DNA of 64,000 nucleotides, from NCBI GenBank assembly GCA_038109055.1, contig JAYNIM010000004.1:67858-131857 (forward strand). Direction: 5' to 3'. Made by a program: the position numbers and the translations under genes. This DNA comes from a bacterium. GTDB taxonomy: Bacteria > Margulisbacteria > Marinamargulisbacteria > GCA-2716485 > JAYNIM01. The notes under the pieces are model-generated. The model had not been told where the DNA came from. It saw only the letters and a list, made by a program, of their open reading frames with translations, and ran no database searches. Of the stretch, positions 18,371-28,472 are shown piece after piece; position 1 is the stretch's first letter, and the number at the start of each line of letters is the position of its first letter.

Positions 18371-20263
18371 CTACACCGGTTTTTGTGCTTGTGCCAAGGT
18401 CTGGATATGCTTTGAACTGAGCTGGTGGCTGAGGCGTTGTTCGGCGATACTGGCATGTTCGACAAAGGTGTCGGATACGGCGCAAGACTTCCAGCGTCGC
18501 TGACCCAGGTCTTGAAAGGTCTGCAGGATATGGCTGTATACACCGCCGATGGCCTGCCCTTCTTCGACCACAATCACCTGCTCACTCTTGCGGATGTATG
18601 CGGCGAGCCAGTCTCTGTCTAGGGGCTTTACGCAGCGTAAATTGATTAGGGCCACCTGTTGGCCTTCTTGGATCAGTGTCTCTGTGGCGCTTAGACTGGG
18701 CTGTACGCTGGCCCCTATTGCAATGATGAGGTTGTCTAGTGGCCCTTTGTTTTGTGGGCGGCTGTCGCGTAGGCATTCGTGTTTTTGTAGGGCCAGGGGT
18801 AAGGCCGCTGTTTGATTCTCTTGATCAGGGATGGCTTCTTTGGGATAGCGGATACTGACCGGGCCCTGCTGTTGAATCGCCCAGTGAAGCATCATGCGCA
18901 GTTCGGCCCCGTCTTTGGGCGCCAATATACAGAGATTGGGGATGGGTAACATATAGGTAAAATCAAAGAGTCCTTGATGGGTGGCGCCATCTGCTCCCAC
19001 AAAGCCCGCCCGATCCAAGGCGAAAATTACCGGTAAATTTTGCAAACACACATCATGTAACAATTGGTCATACCCGCGCTGTAAAAAGGTCGAATAAATC
19101 GCCAACACAGGGCGTATGCCGCTTCTGGCCATACCGGCAGCAAAGGTCACCGCATGCTCTTCGGCAATGCCTACATCAAAAAAACGGTCTGGAAAGCGTT
19201 GGGCAAAATGGCTCAGACCAGACCCGCCTTTCATGGCGGGTGTAATAGCCACGACTTTGGCATGTTTTTCGCAGATTTCTTCCATGGTCTCTGCAAAGAC
19301 CTGTTGATAGCTTTTTTTTGGGGCTAAGGGCTGGGTGCTGGTTTTGGGGGATATGCCATGGTATTTGACGGGGTCAGCTTCGGCAGCCGCATGCCCCTTG
19401 CCTTTTTGGGTGAGAATATGGACCAAAATCGGGCCGTTGTAATCTTTGGCATAACTCAAGGCGGCCATCAATATCGCGATATCATGTCCATCAATAGGCC
19501 CCAGATACTTAAACCCAAACTCTTCGAACAAGACGCCTGCTTTGGTATCAAGTAAAAACTCTCGAAAATGGTCCAGCGCCTTTTCGATACGGCGTTTGAG
19601 GGGCTGGCCGACTTTTGGGATGGCCGACACACTATTTACAAAACGTTTTCGGGCTTGATTATACAGAGGCGAGGTACGGACCTTGGTCATGTAGTGGGCC
19701 ATGGCGCCGACTGGTTCTGAAATCGACATGTCGTTGTCGTTTAAGATACAAATAAAATTACGTTTGAGCCGATCAATATTATTCAGTGCTTCAAAGGCCA
19801 TACCGCCAGATAAGGCCGCATCCCCAAAAATAGAGACGACTTTGTAGTCGTCTTTGCTGATTTCTCTAGCTTCGGCCATGCCCAACGCTGCTGATAGTGC
19901 CGTGGATGCATGCCCTGCCCCAAAGGCATCATGTTCGCTTTCAAAAATATTTGCAAAGCCAGAGGCACCGCCTTTTTGACGCAAGGTTTTCATCAGTTCT
20001 TGGCGCCCCGTTAATAGTTTATGGACATAGCATTGATGCGAGGTATCCCACACAAATTTGTCTTTGGGGGTTGAAAACAAGGTATGTAAGACCAATGTCA
20101 GCTCCACCACCCCCAAGTTCGAGGCCAAATGTCCCCCACAGGCATCCCCAATCTCAATCAAACGTGTCCGTAATTCGCTAGCGACTTGTTCGAGCTGTTT
20201 TTGGTCTAGGCGTTGTAGGTCCTTGGGCACATCCAAACGATCTAATAATGTTGTTTCTTTCAT
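18371..20263 (-). CDS. dxs: 1-deoxy-D-xylulose-5-phosphate synthase
   Basis: GGHLASNLG, GAGHAST, GDAALSGGMAFEALN, IAEEHA, DGATHQG. Confidence 0.97.
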   Translation of the reverse strand: MKETTLLDRLDVPKDLQRLDQKQLEQVASELRTRLIEIGDACGGHLASNLGVVELTLVLHTLFSTPKDKFVWDTSHQCYVHKLLTGRQELMKTLRQKGGASGFANIFESEHDAFGAGHASTALSAALGMAEAREISKDDYKVVSIFGDAALSGGMAFEALNNIDRLKRNFICILNDNDMSISEPVGAMAHYMTKVRTSPLYNQARKRFVNSVSAIPKVGQPLKRRIEKALDHFREFLLDTKAGVLFEEFGFKYLGPIDGHDIAILMAALSYAKDYNGPILVHILTQKGKGHAAAEADPVKYHGISPKTSTQPLAPKKSYQQVFAETMEEICEKHAKVVAITPAMKGGSGLSHFAQRFPDRFFDVGIAEEHAVTFAAGMARSGIRPVLAIYSTFLQRGYDQLLHDVCLQNLPVIFALDRAGFVGADGATHQGLFDFTYMLPIPNLCILAPKDGAELRMMLHWAIQQQGPVSIRYPKEAIPDQENQTAALPLALQKHECLRDSRPQNKGPLDNLIIAIGASVQPSLSATETLIQEGQQVALINLRCVKPLDRDWLAAYIRKSEQVIVVEEGQAIGGVYSHILQTFQDLGQRRWKSCAVSDTFVEHASIAEQRLSHQLSSKHIQTLAQAQKPV

Positions 20264-20318
20264 GTTATTTTCCCCTGCTAGTATAGCAAAAAAGCAAGAC
20301 CTCGAAAAACATCCCTGT

Positions 20319-21206
20319 TTACAGGCCTTGGCAGATCCTATTTAACAGATCTTCAAGGGCCGTTGTGTCTTCTTTGAGACTGTTTAACTGCTGAAAAGCG
20401 GCCTTTTTTTCCTGATCAAAAGCGAACTTGGCCTTCTCTCGTCCCAAAAGAGTCACATAAGTCACTTTGTTTTGTTGGCTATCTTTTCCCTGTGTTTTCC
20501 CTAACTGTTCAGTGCTTTGATCTTCATCTAAAATATCATCCCTGATTTGGAATAATAACCCCAGATGCGTCCCAAACTGAGCCAAGGTCTTTTGTAGCGC
20601 TACTTCGGCATGATTTAAGAGGGCTGGTAAGGTTAGTGAAATTGAAATAAGGGCGCCTGTTTTGGCCTGATGCATGGTTTCAAGTGTTTTTTCTGTAGCA
20701 TTTTCTGACACCTTCCCCATATCTAATATTTGGCCGCCAATCAGTCCCTGACTGCCCACTGCTTTACCCAAGTGAATAATAGCAGTAAGAACCTGTTTAT
20801 CATCAAAATATCTGGGCAGTGCCTCTGCTAAATGTTCGAAGGCCAAGGCCAGCAATGCGTCCCCACACAAAATAGCGCTAGCCTCGTCAAAGGCCTTGTG
20901 GCAACTGGGTTTTCCACGTCTTAGGTCATCGTCGTCCATGGCGGGCAGATCGTCATGCACCAGCGAAAAACAATGGACCAGTTCAATGGCCACAGCTACG
21001 GGGAGCATCTTCTGAGGTTCAGAACTAAAAAGGTCATGGGTTGCCAATGCTAACAAGGGCCGCAGACGCTTACCTGCATCACAGGCACTGTATTTCATGG
21101 CGTCCTGCAAACGTTGGCGCTGGTCTGGATACTCGTGGCTTAGAACGCGGCTAATGGACTCTTCTATTAGGGCCAGGGACGTTTTCTGGAAATCGCTATC
21201 TGCCAT
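20319..21206 (-). CDS. ispA: Farnesyl/geranylgeranyl diphosphate synthase
   Basis: GKRLRP, SLVHDDLPAMDDDDLRRGK, FQIRDDILD. Confidence 0.92.
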   Translation of the reverse strand: MADSDFQKTSLALIEESISRVLSHEYPDQRQRLQDAMKYSACDAGKRLRPLLALATHDLFSSEPQKMLPVAVAIELVHCFSLVHDDLPAMDDDDLRRGKPSCHKAFDEASAILCGDALLALAFEHLAEALPRYFDDKQVLTAIIHLGKAVGSQGLIGGQILDMGKVSENATEKTLETMHQAKTGALISISLTLPALLNHAEVALQKTLAQFGTHLGLLFQIRDDILDEDQSTEQLGKTQGKDSQQNKVTYVTLLGREKAKFAFDQEKKAAFQQLNSLKEDTTALEDLLNRICQGL

Positions 21207-21217
21207 GTCAATGTGCT

Positions 21218-21436
21218 TTAGTGCTCTGCCAGCTTGAGTGTCTCTTCGGCATCTTCATGCAAGACCTTGAGGGTTTTTTCAACCTTATTCAATTCCTTTA
21301 AGGTCTCCCCTGCTAGTTTTATCGCTTTTCCATAAAGATCTGTGGCCTTGTCAACATCAGCGCCACAGGCTTCCAGCTGATCAATATGCGCTGTTAAACA
21401 TGTTAATTTTTCTTCAAGTGTTTTTTTTGTTGCCAT
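21218..21436 (-). CDS. xseB: Exodeoxyribonuclease VII small subunit
   Basis: 72-aa helical protein in the xseB-ispA-dxs order; divergent sequence. Confidence 0.75.
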   Translation of the reverse strand: MATKKTLEEKLTCLTAHIDQLEACGADVDKATDLYGKAIKLAGETLKELNKVEKTLKVLHEDAEETLKLAEH

Positions 21437-21459
21437 GCTCGCTTTAGTGTAGTCCGAGT

Positions 21460-22515
21460 TTAACGTGCTTGTCTAGCGTCGCTCAAACAGGCCATCACGG
21501 GTTTTAGCTGGGTTTCCCAACTGAGGTACTGTGCTGCCGCATCTGAGATCTCTTTTTTATCGTGTGTTTTCGTGATGAGAGCCTGCAGTGCCTTTGGATC
21601 TTTCGCCATATTAAAGACCCATTGCTTCATCTGCGGTATTTTCTCGATACAATCATTCTGAATTTTACTGCATACTGGCAGCCCATGGCAGAGATATTCT
21701 CTTGCTTTTAAGGGACAGCCCTCCAAGTTGTTTTTTTCAAGGGCAAAAGAACTAAAGCCAAAATCGACCTGTTCATACAGGGCTTTAATCACCTTGTAGG
21801 GTTGATAACCGACATTTAATACAGCCTTGCTTTGGCTGTCTATCTTTTTGGGACACACAATGACTAGCCCTATTTTATGTCTCTCACACAGCTGGATCAT
21901 GTCCTCAACCCCATGCCACTTAAAGCCGCTCCCCACAAAAATACCTACTTTTTTAACTTCTTTTTTAAAGGCCTGAATTTTTTCTAACAGGGGCGTATCT
22001 ATCGCTGCTTTTATATTTGGCAGGTCATAGCCATTCTGAATCACCACAATGTTTTTGGCGGCTATTCCATAGCTGATCAAGTACTCTTTAATGCCTTCTG
22101 TCACGACACTATGTTTTAGGGACGTTCTGGCAAACATCTTTAGAAAAAAGGTATTCAGGGCTGCGGCTACCGGTTGTTTGAGTACCCGTAACTCTACCGC
22201 ATACTTGGTATTGTGTTCAATCACAATGGACTTGGCTCCTGACAGCCCTAAGAGCCAACAGTTGTTCAGAAAGGCTTTTGGGTTATATCGACTGTAGATA
22301 TAGGGCGCTCTTAACATCACGGCCAAGGCTTTGCATTCAAAGTAGAGATAGGCCAAACATCGTTGTATGAATCCCCCATGAGCTGCTTGGGTTAATAAAA
22401 GACTCTTTACCTGAAAACCCAAGGACGCAAAACCTTTTTGTTGGCCTTGAAACTTGATACTGAGCCCCTGATGAGCTTTGGCTGGAATAATATAGGCTAA
22501 GTGCTTCTTTTTCAC
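21460..22515 (-). CDS. Glycosyltransferase (GT4-like)
   Basis: FVGSGFKWHGVE, CPLKAREYLCHGLPV, C-terminal LSW. Confidence 0.75.
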   Translation of the reverse strand: MKKKHLAYIIPAKAHQGLSIKFQGQQKGFASLGFQVKSLLLTQAAHGGFIQRCLAYLYFECKALAVMLRAPYIYSRYNPKAFLNNCWLLGLSGAKSIVIEHNTKYAVELRVLKQPVAAALNTFFLKMFARTSLKHSVVTEGIKEYLISYGIAAKNIVVIQNGYDLPNIKAAIDTPLLEKIQAFKKEVKKVGIFVGSGFKWHGVEDMIQLCERHKIGLVIVCPKKIDSQSKAVLNVGYQPYKVIKALYEQVDFGFSSFALEKNNLEGCPLKAREYLCHGLPVCSKIQNDCIEKIPQMKQWVFNMAKDPKALQALITKTHDKKEISDAAAQYLSWETQLKPVMACLSDARQAR

Positions 22516-22615
22516 ATTACTCTTTAACTTAACATAGGCGTCCCTCCTCTCAAAGTAGTTGTATTGCTTTTAGCCTTCTCTATTTGCTGTGATTTTATTG
22601 CTATACTATAGACCT

Positions 22616-23719
22616 ATGCACACCCAGATGCCGCTTATCCACTTAATTTCTGCTGCTCGACCCAACATGATGAAAATTGCCCCTCTCTATCATGCCTTGG
22701 CGAAATCTCAGCGCTATACGCCTCATATCATTCATAGCGGACAACATTACGATACCTCCATGTACGAGACCTTTTTGAGCGATTTAGGCCTCACAAACCC
22801 AACCCATTGTCTAGAGGTAGGCAGCGGAACCCATGCCGAACAAACCGGCCGTGCGATGATTGCCTATGAACAGTATTTACGTGACCACCGCCCTGACCTT
22901 GTGGTTGTGGTGGGGGATGTTAACAGTACCCTTGCCTGTAGCCTTGCAAGTGTCAAACTGGGCATAAAGGTTGCCCATTTAGAAGCGGGATTACGTTGCT
23001 TTGATCGCCACATGCCAGAAGAAATCAATCGTGTCTTAACAGATCACATCGCGGATTACTTGTGGTCGCCCTCTCCTGATGCGGTACAGCATTTAGTTGA
23101 TGAAGGTCTTTCTCAGGATAAAATCGAGTTTGTGGGCAACATCATGATTGATTCCCTGTGCATGATGCTCCCCAAAATCACGCAAGATCCCATTTTCAGC
23201 CACTTAAACCTCACAGACCGTGGCTATGGGGTCGTCACTCTACATCGGCCCTTTAATGTGGATGATCACAAGACCTTGGAACGCATTGTTACAACCCTTG
23301 TGTCGCTATCGGCGGAATTGCCCTTGATTTTTCCTATCCATCCTCGTACTCAAAAACAACTTGATCTCTTTGGTTTAAGCAAACTCTTCACACAGGCCCC
23401 TAATATCACCTGTTTAGCACCTCTGGGATATTCTGCCTTTATGAAACTTGTGTTGCATGCCAAGCTTCTGATTAGTGATTCTGGGGGTATCCAAGAAGAA
23501 AGCAGTTACTTAGGTATCCCCTGCTTTACTCTCCGACCTACAACAGAACGCCCCATCACCCTCTCAGAGGGCAGTAATCAATTGGTCCGTATTGACACCC
23601 TGCAAGAAGCGATTTCTGCGACTCCTTATAGCAAAACGCGCCAGCCCTCTGCTATTGAAAAATGGGACGGCAAAACAGCAGAACGTATTGTTCGGTTATT
23701 GGATACGATGTTTTTTTGA
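22616..23719 (+). CDS. wecB: UDP-N-acetylglucosamine 2-epimerase (non-hydrolysing)
   Basis: ARPNMMK, GQHYD, VGDVNST, HLEAGLR, MPEEINR, DSGGIQEE; start moved from 22589 to the ATG after a TATACT box. Confidence 0.93.
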   Translation: MHTQMPLIHLISAARPNMMKIAPLYHALAKSQRYTPHIIHSGQHYDTSMYETFLSDLGLTNPTHCLEVGSGTHAEQTGRAMIAYEQYLRDHRPDLVVVVGDVNSTLACSLASVKLGIKVAHLEAGLRCFDRHMPEEINRVLTDHIADYLWSPSPDAVQHLVDEGLSQDKIEFVGNIMIDSLCMMLPKITQDPIFSHLNLTDRGYGVVTLHRPFNVDDHKTLERIVTTLVSLSAELPLIFPIHPRTQKQLDLFGLSKLFTQAPNITCLAPLGYSAFMKLVLHAKLLISDSGGIQEESSYLGIPCFTLRPTTERPITLSEGSNQLVRIDTLQEAISATPYSKTRQPSAIEKWDGKTAERIVRLLDTMFF

Positions 23720-23766
23720 TAACCAGCTGTTTGTGTTTTTGGCTTAGGTTCAACTTTGATTTGGAC

Positions 23767-24912
23767 TCATTTTTTATACGCATTCAGTATTCTTTGATAT
23801 ACAGCATATTCCTTTAAAAGGAGCCTCTCCCAGTTAAACCTCATGGCCCTTTTCGTCAATACATCTTCAGATATGGGATGTTTAAGCAGTGCTATAACGG
23901 CTTCAGAAAAAGATTGTATAAACTGATCATCATCATCCACCACCGTCCCACCAGGTCCTATAGCTTCCGGAATCCCCCCTACATTGGTCCCCACAACAGC
24001 CGCTCCACAGGCCTGCGCTTCAAGAATAACGCAGCCCCAACCTTCTCTGATACTCGGTAAAAGTAATACCTGCATGGCTTGCATTTCTTTGGCAAGTTCT
24101 ATGGGCGACAAGACGCCTTTTAAAACAAAATCTGTTCCAATCTTATATTCTTTAATTTTATTTTCAAGTTCTTTTTTTAAATAGCCCTTGCCAACCACTA
24201 CCATGCTTAAATTAGGTAGTTGTTTTTTTATATACATAAAAATATCCGGTAGTAAGTGAGCACGTTTTATCTGATCTAACCAGCCTACAAAACCAATATG
24301 ATAGGGCTTTTTTTTAATATGTTTTGATAGACAAAATATGGACGAATCAATCCCATTTGGGATGATCTCAAAAGACTCTTTTATGTACCCTAATTTCCGA
24401 GCATGCGTATACAAGCCTTTGGATACAAACATGGTAAAAGGCGCTTGATTTAACTGTTGGATAGATCGTCTAGCATGTGACTGTGATGTTAAGGGAAGGG
24501 CATTAATATCACTTCCATGACAGGTAACTACATAAGGAATATTATGTTTGTTAAGGTATTTAGTCGCAAAAACATTCCATAAAAAATGGAAATGTATTAG
24601 GGAACACTTTTTTGTATTAACAAACCATTGTAAACACATAGTTAAAATAAACCTTCTAAAATAAGGAATATTTGGATAATTAATCGTTGAAACTGTTATA
24701 TCAGTCTCTATACCAGGCAAATCAATTGTATTGAAATCGCGGATATAATTCCATTTAAAGTACCGATTCATGACGCTATTTAAATATAAAACATGAACTT
24801 TCTTTATATGTTTTTGTAAGTGAGCAACTCTGTTGAATATAAAGGTTCCTTCGCTAAGCGATGAGGGATTAGGAAAGACATCCGTTATAATAAGCAGTGT
24901 TTCATTATTCAT
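23767..24912 (-). CDS. Glycosyltransferase family 4
   Basis: TCHGSDI, IPNGID, EGWGCVILEA (Ex7E), TNVGGIPE. Confidence 0.9.
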   Translation of the reverse strand: MNNETLLIITDVFPNPSSLSEGTFIFNRVAHLQKHIKKVHVLYLNSVMNRYFKWNYIRDFNTIDLPGIETDITVSTINYPNIPYFRRFILTMCLQWFVNTKKCSLIHFHFLWNVFATKYLNKHNIPYVVTCHGSDINALPLTSQSHARRSIQQLNQAPFTMFVSKGLYTHARKLGYIKESFEIIPNGIDSSIFCLSKHIKKKPYHIGFVGWLDQIKRAHLLPDIFMYIKKQLPNLSMVVVGKGYLKKELENKIKEYKIGTDFVLKGVLSPIELAKEMQAMQVLLLPSIREGWGCVILEAQACGAAVVGTNVGGIPEAIGPGGTVVDDDDQFIQSFSEAVIALLKHPISEDVLTKRAMRFNWERLLLKEYAVYQRILNAYKK

Positions 24913-24918
24913 CGGATC

Positions 24919-25383
24919 TCAAAATGCAATCTTATACAATGCTTTTCGACGTTGAATACAATCAAGTCGACAAAAAAATACATTGTAACGAACTAACTTT
25001 ATCTTTAATCGTGTTGAGATATAGGTCATTAATTTTCTCAAAAAATCTACTCTCCAACAATGATAAGCAGCAAGTAGCACTTCGGTATCTGATTTTGTTT
25101 TAAAGGTATAGCCCAAAGATTTGAGTTCATCTTGTAATTCTAGATAATTATAAATTTCACCGTTATAGGTCATGACCAATCCATCTGGCCCTTCAAAGGG
25201 TTGGTTGGCTCGTTCCTCCAAATCAATAATGGCTAAACGTCGATGTCCAAACGCAACGTTCTTACCGTAATAATAGCCCTCGCCATCCGGTCCTCGATGT
25301 TTAATAATATCCGTTATTTTTTTCATTAAATCAGTCGAAACCTGCTTATTTAATATATTGATAATCACGCTCAACCCACACAT
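24919..25383 (-). pseudogene. asnB: Truncated asparagine synthase-like amidotransferase (part of the Ntn glutaminase domain only)
   Basis: MCG start at 25383, HRGPDGEG, GHRRLAIID, YNGEIYNY, SDTEV; similarity ends after YHCW and the synthetase domain is absent. Confidence 0.85.
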
Positions 25384-25482
25384 AAGCTTAGTATACGATA
25401 GCATTGATAGGCTTGTTAAACCTTTTTAGATCTGTTTGATGGTTTTGATCCCACTCTTGGGACAATTGTTCATCATGCCGTG

Positions 25483-26259
25483 TTATGAATGGCTTTGTTT
25501 CTTTGTTATTAAAATGAGAGAGGTTAATTTAAAATTCATCTTCCAAAAGATACCCTTACAAAGTAAACAATATAAAATAGATAGGTATCGATTTGAAAAG
25601 AGAAAGGTGTCTACAATTTTTGATGGATACGTCACTTTGACTGTGAATGAATACTCTGGAAAAGCCTTCCTACATTCTCCAAGTCGTTTGTCTATAAAAC
25701 TGGGATTATCTAAAACATCTGCTATAACAAACATGCCTTTATCTTCTAAGTGTTCTAAACATACACGCATTATGGATATGGGATAGTCTAAAGATGAATG
25801 AGGTGTTATTTCACGTGTAAACGGATAAAACTGTTGTGCCAAGATGAATGAAAAAGAATGATTAAATACTGTATTTTTGTCTATTCCTTTTAATTGAAAA
25901 ACTGGTTTTTTAAATGTTCGTTTGGCGTATTCGATCGCTTCTGTTGAAATTTCATACCCGTAAACTTTTGCATCATCAAATCTTTCAGCTAATGCATTGC
26001 TTGTTAAACCTAACCCACAGCCTAAGTCAGCTATTTTATTGATTTTAATACCTTTTAAATACGGGCTTATATGATTTATTAATCTTATAGGATTTAGATT
26101 ATTATGACTTGCTATGTCACAGTCATCGAATTTTCCTGTTCTATTTATATATCCATAGGCGCCAAAATCTCCCCCAAATGCTTTAATATTTTCAGTATCT
26201 GTATTTTTAGCTTCCTGATTTTTCTCTGATAAACGTTCAGGGTGTACCCACGTTTCCAT
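25483..26259 (-). CDS. Class I SAM-dependent methyltransferase
   Basis: IADLGCGLG, GYEIS..AIEYA. Confidence 0.82.
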   Translation of the reverse strand: METWVHPERLSEKNQEAKNTDTENIKAFGGDFGAYGYINRTGKFDDCDIASHNNLNPIRLINHISPYLKGIKINKIADLGCGLGLTSNALAERFDDAKVYGYEISTEAIEYAKRTFKKPVFQLKGIDKNTVFNHSFSFILAQQFYPFTREITPHSSLDYPISIMRVCLEHLEDKGMFVIADVLDNPSFIDKRLGECRKAFPEYSFTVKVTYPSKIVDTFLFSNRYLSILYCLLCKGIFWKMNFKLTSLILITKKQSHS

Positions 26260-26364
26260 TCATTTATCATATTCATAAACAGAGTATTCATCAACTCTCT
26301 TTCAATTTAGATTTTTAATCTGTCTCTCTTCTCAAACACCTCCCCCTATTTATCCATCATCTGT

Positions 26365-27486
26365 ATGCTATTATTTAAAGTGATGTATGCAAAAATTATA
26401 GAAACTAAAAGCGGATTTTCACGCTTACAACATGATTGGACACGATTACAAACAATAGACCCAGACGTCAGCTATTATTCAACCTTTGAATTTTTACATA
26501 CGTGGTGGCAAACGTTTAAGAAACATAAAACCTTATTTATTATTTGTGTTTATCACAATAATGCGGTTGTAGGTATTATGCCATTATATTTTGAAACTCG
26601 CCGTCATATTGGTTTATTCTCATGTAAGGAATGTAAATTTTTAGCATCTGGTCTTTCTGATTTTTTCTCTGTTCTTATAGATAAGTCCATCAATGCTGAC
26701 AATAAAATCTTTAATTGTATGATGAGTACCATAGAAAAACATCACCTAAAGTGGGATAGGCTGTTGTTAATACAAATGGATAGCCAGACTGCTTTTTCAC
26801 GTTATTTACTAAAGCATCAAACATACGCCCCACTTTTCTCGTTTCATCTGGAAAATCCTTATCTGAATTTATCTGAATACGAGAATTTTTCTGCGTATTG
26901 CAAAAAACATGTCTCAAAAAATATGAATTGGAGAATAAACAAGTTACAACGAGATGAACCTTTTAATTTTAATGTATCAACTAACAACCAATCCCCATTG
27001 CTTGATGAGATTAAACAGTTACATCTGGCTACATGTCGTTATAGAAATAAGCACCTTCCTTCTATGGCAAAAAAATATATATCTGTTTTCTCAAATAAGA
27101 CTATGAATTGTTTTTTTAATGCTCTCTACTCGAATAATTGCCGTGTTTTAAATTTCACTATTAGACATCAAAAGACAGATGAATTAATGGCTTATAATTC
27201 ATGTTATATTTATAACTCAACTGTCTATATGTGGAATACATCTTATAATGTAACGTATGACTCGTATCACTTAGGTAAAATAATTAACTATAAGATCATT
27301 GAACATTGCTTTGACAATGATCATGTCTCTGTTTTTGACTTTGGCGCGGGCAAGTATCCATGGAAATTTGAGTGGACCGATACATTCAAACCTATGTATA
27401 AACTTGAAAAATGGACCTGCGTATCGTTAAAAAACAAACTATTACCCATGTTGAATAAAACAAAGACCTTTATTTCAACTCTTTAA
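26365..27486 (+). CDS. GNAT family acyltransferase (CelD/BcsL-like)
   Basis: W..L, VGIMPL, FDFGAGKYPWKFEW; true start may be ATG 26383. Confidence 0.8.
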   Translation: MLLFKVMYAKIIETKSGFSRLQHDWTRLQTIDPDVSYYSTFEFLHTWWQTFKKHKTLFIICVYHNNAVVGIMPLYFETRRHIGLFSCKECKFLASGLSDFFSVLIDKSINADNKIFNCMMSTIEKHHLKWDRLLLIQMDSQTAFSRYLLKHQTYAPLFSFHLENPYLNLSEYENFSAYCKKHVSKNMNWRINKLQRDEPFNFNVSTNNQSPLLDEIKQLHLATCRYRNKHLPSMAKKYISVFSNKTMNCFFNALYSNNCRVLNFTIRHQKTDELMAYNSCYIYNSTVYMWNTSYNVTYDSYHLGKIINYKIIEHCFDNDHVSVFDFGAGKYPWKFEWTDTFKPMYKLEKWTCVSLKNKLLPMLNKTKTFISTL

Positions 27487-28472
27487 TTCTTAAACGTATC
27501 TATTATTTGTTGATTACCAGATAATTTATTTTTTAAATGTGCCACACGACACCAATTGCATATTCCATGCCTGGGTAAAAATAATAAATCATTTGTTATC
27601 TTTGTAGAATGAGCCTCTGTTGTAAATGCTGCTTTTATTTTACATTCTTTTAATACATGACTCTTTTTTTTATTGAATAACCCGTTTGGATACGCAAAAA
27701 AAGACAAGGGGTGTTTAAGATGTTTTTTTAGTTCAGTTATATTATCTAAAAGTTCTTTTTCACATTCACTTTCATCTAATGCTGCAATGGATGTATGGGT
27801 ATGGGTATGGGCTGCAAAACGTACCAATCCTGAATTTTCCATTTCTTGACATTCTTCCCATGTGAGCCAATGCTTTGGAATGTTTACTTTTTTTACCATT
27901 TTTCTTAGTTGAATCAAGAAACATTCTCTTTTGCTAAAGGCTAAAGGAAGTATTATTTCAAATGCTTGCTTATAGGCCTGCTCTAGTGAATCTAAAGAAA
28001 GAACCTGCTCCTCATCCATTATGATATGCGTGTTATTCTTTCGAATCTCTTCTAGTAAAAACAATAATTCAACATGCCAAAAAGGTTTTTGATGACTTAC
28101 ATTATACGTATTCAAAAAGATTGTAATGGGTATCTTTCTTGACTTAATAATAGGAAAAAGTGTGGTATAGTTGTCCTTCCAGCCATCATCAAAAGAAATG
28201 CTTAACATTTTTTTTTGTCGTGTCATCATGTTGCTTTCTTTTAATGTAAGAACAAAGCTGTTTAATGGCACAATATCGTAGTGATCAATTAAGTAATCTA
28301 AATGCTTTTCAAATTGCTTAACGCTGACTGGTGAATTTGCAAGCAAAGGATGCAGGGCCTTATCTTGTATTGCATGATAATAAATATGCTGAAAATGATT
28401 ATCTTCATGTTTACTTTCAGGTAGTAAACATGCCATTGCTTCATGCAGTACACGATTTAAAAGCCTTTTCAT
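27483..28472 (-). CDS. Polysaccharide deacetylase (CE4)
   Basis: SFDDGWKDNY, HTHTH, FAYPNG. Confidence 0.88.
   Translation of the reverse strand: MKRLLNRVLHEAMACLLPESKHEDNHFQHIYYHAIQDKALHPLLANSPVSVKQFEKHLDYLIDHYDIVPLNSFVLTLKESNMMTRQKKMLSISFDDGWKDNYTTLFPIIKSRKIPITIFLNTYNVSHQKPFWHVELLFLLEEIRKNNTHIIMDEEQVLSLDSLEQAYKQAFEIILPLAFSKRECFLIQLRKMVKKVNIPKHWLTWEECQEMENSGLVRFAAHTHTHTSIAALDESECEKELLDNITELKKHLKHPLSFFAYPNGLFNKKKSHVLKECKIKAAFTTEAHSTKITNDLLFLPRHGICNWCRVAHLKNKLSGNQQIIDTFKN

Noticed and set aside
18340..20345. Multiple short ORFs overlapping dxs
   Set aside because: Shadow ORFs of a well-supported gene
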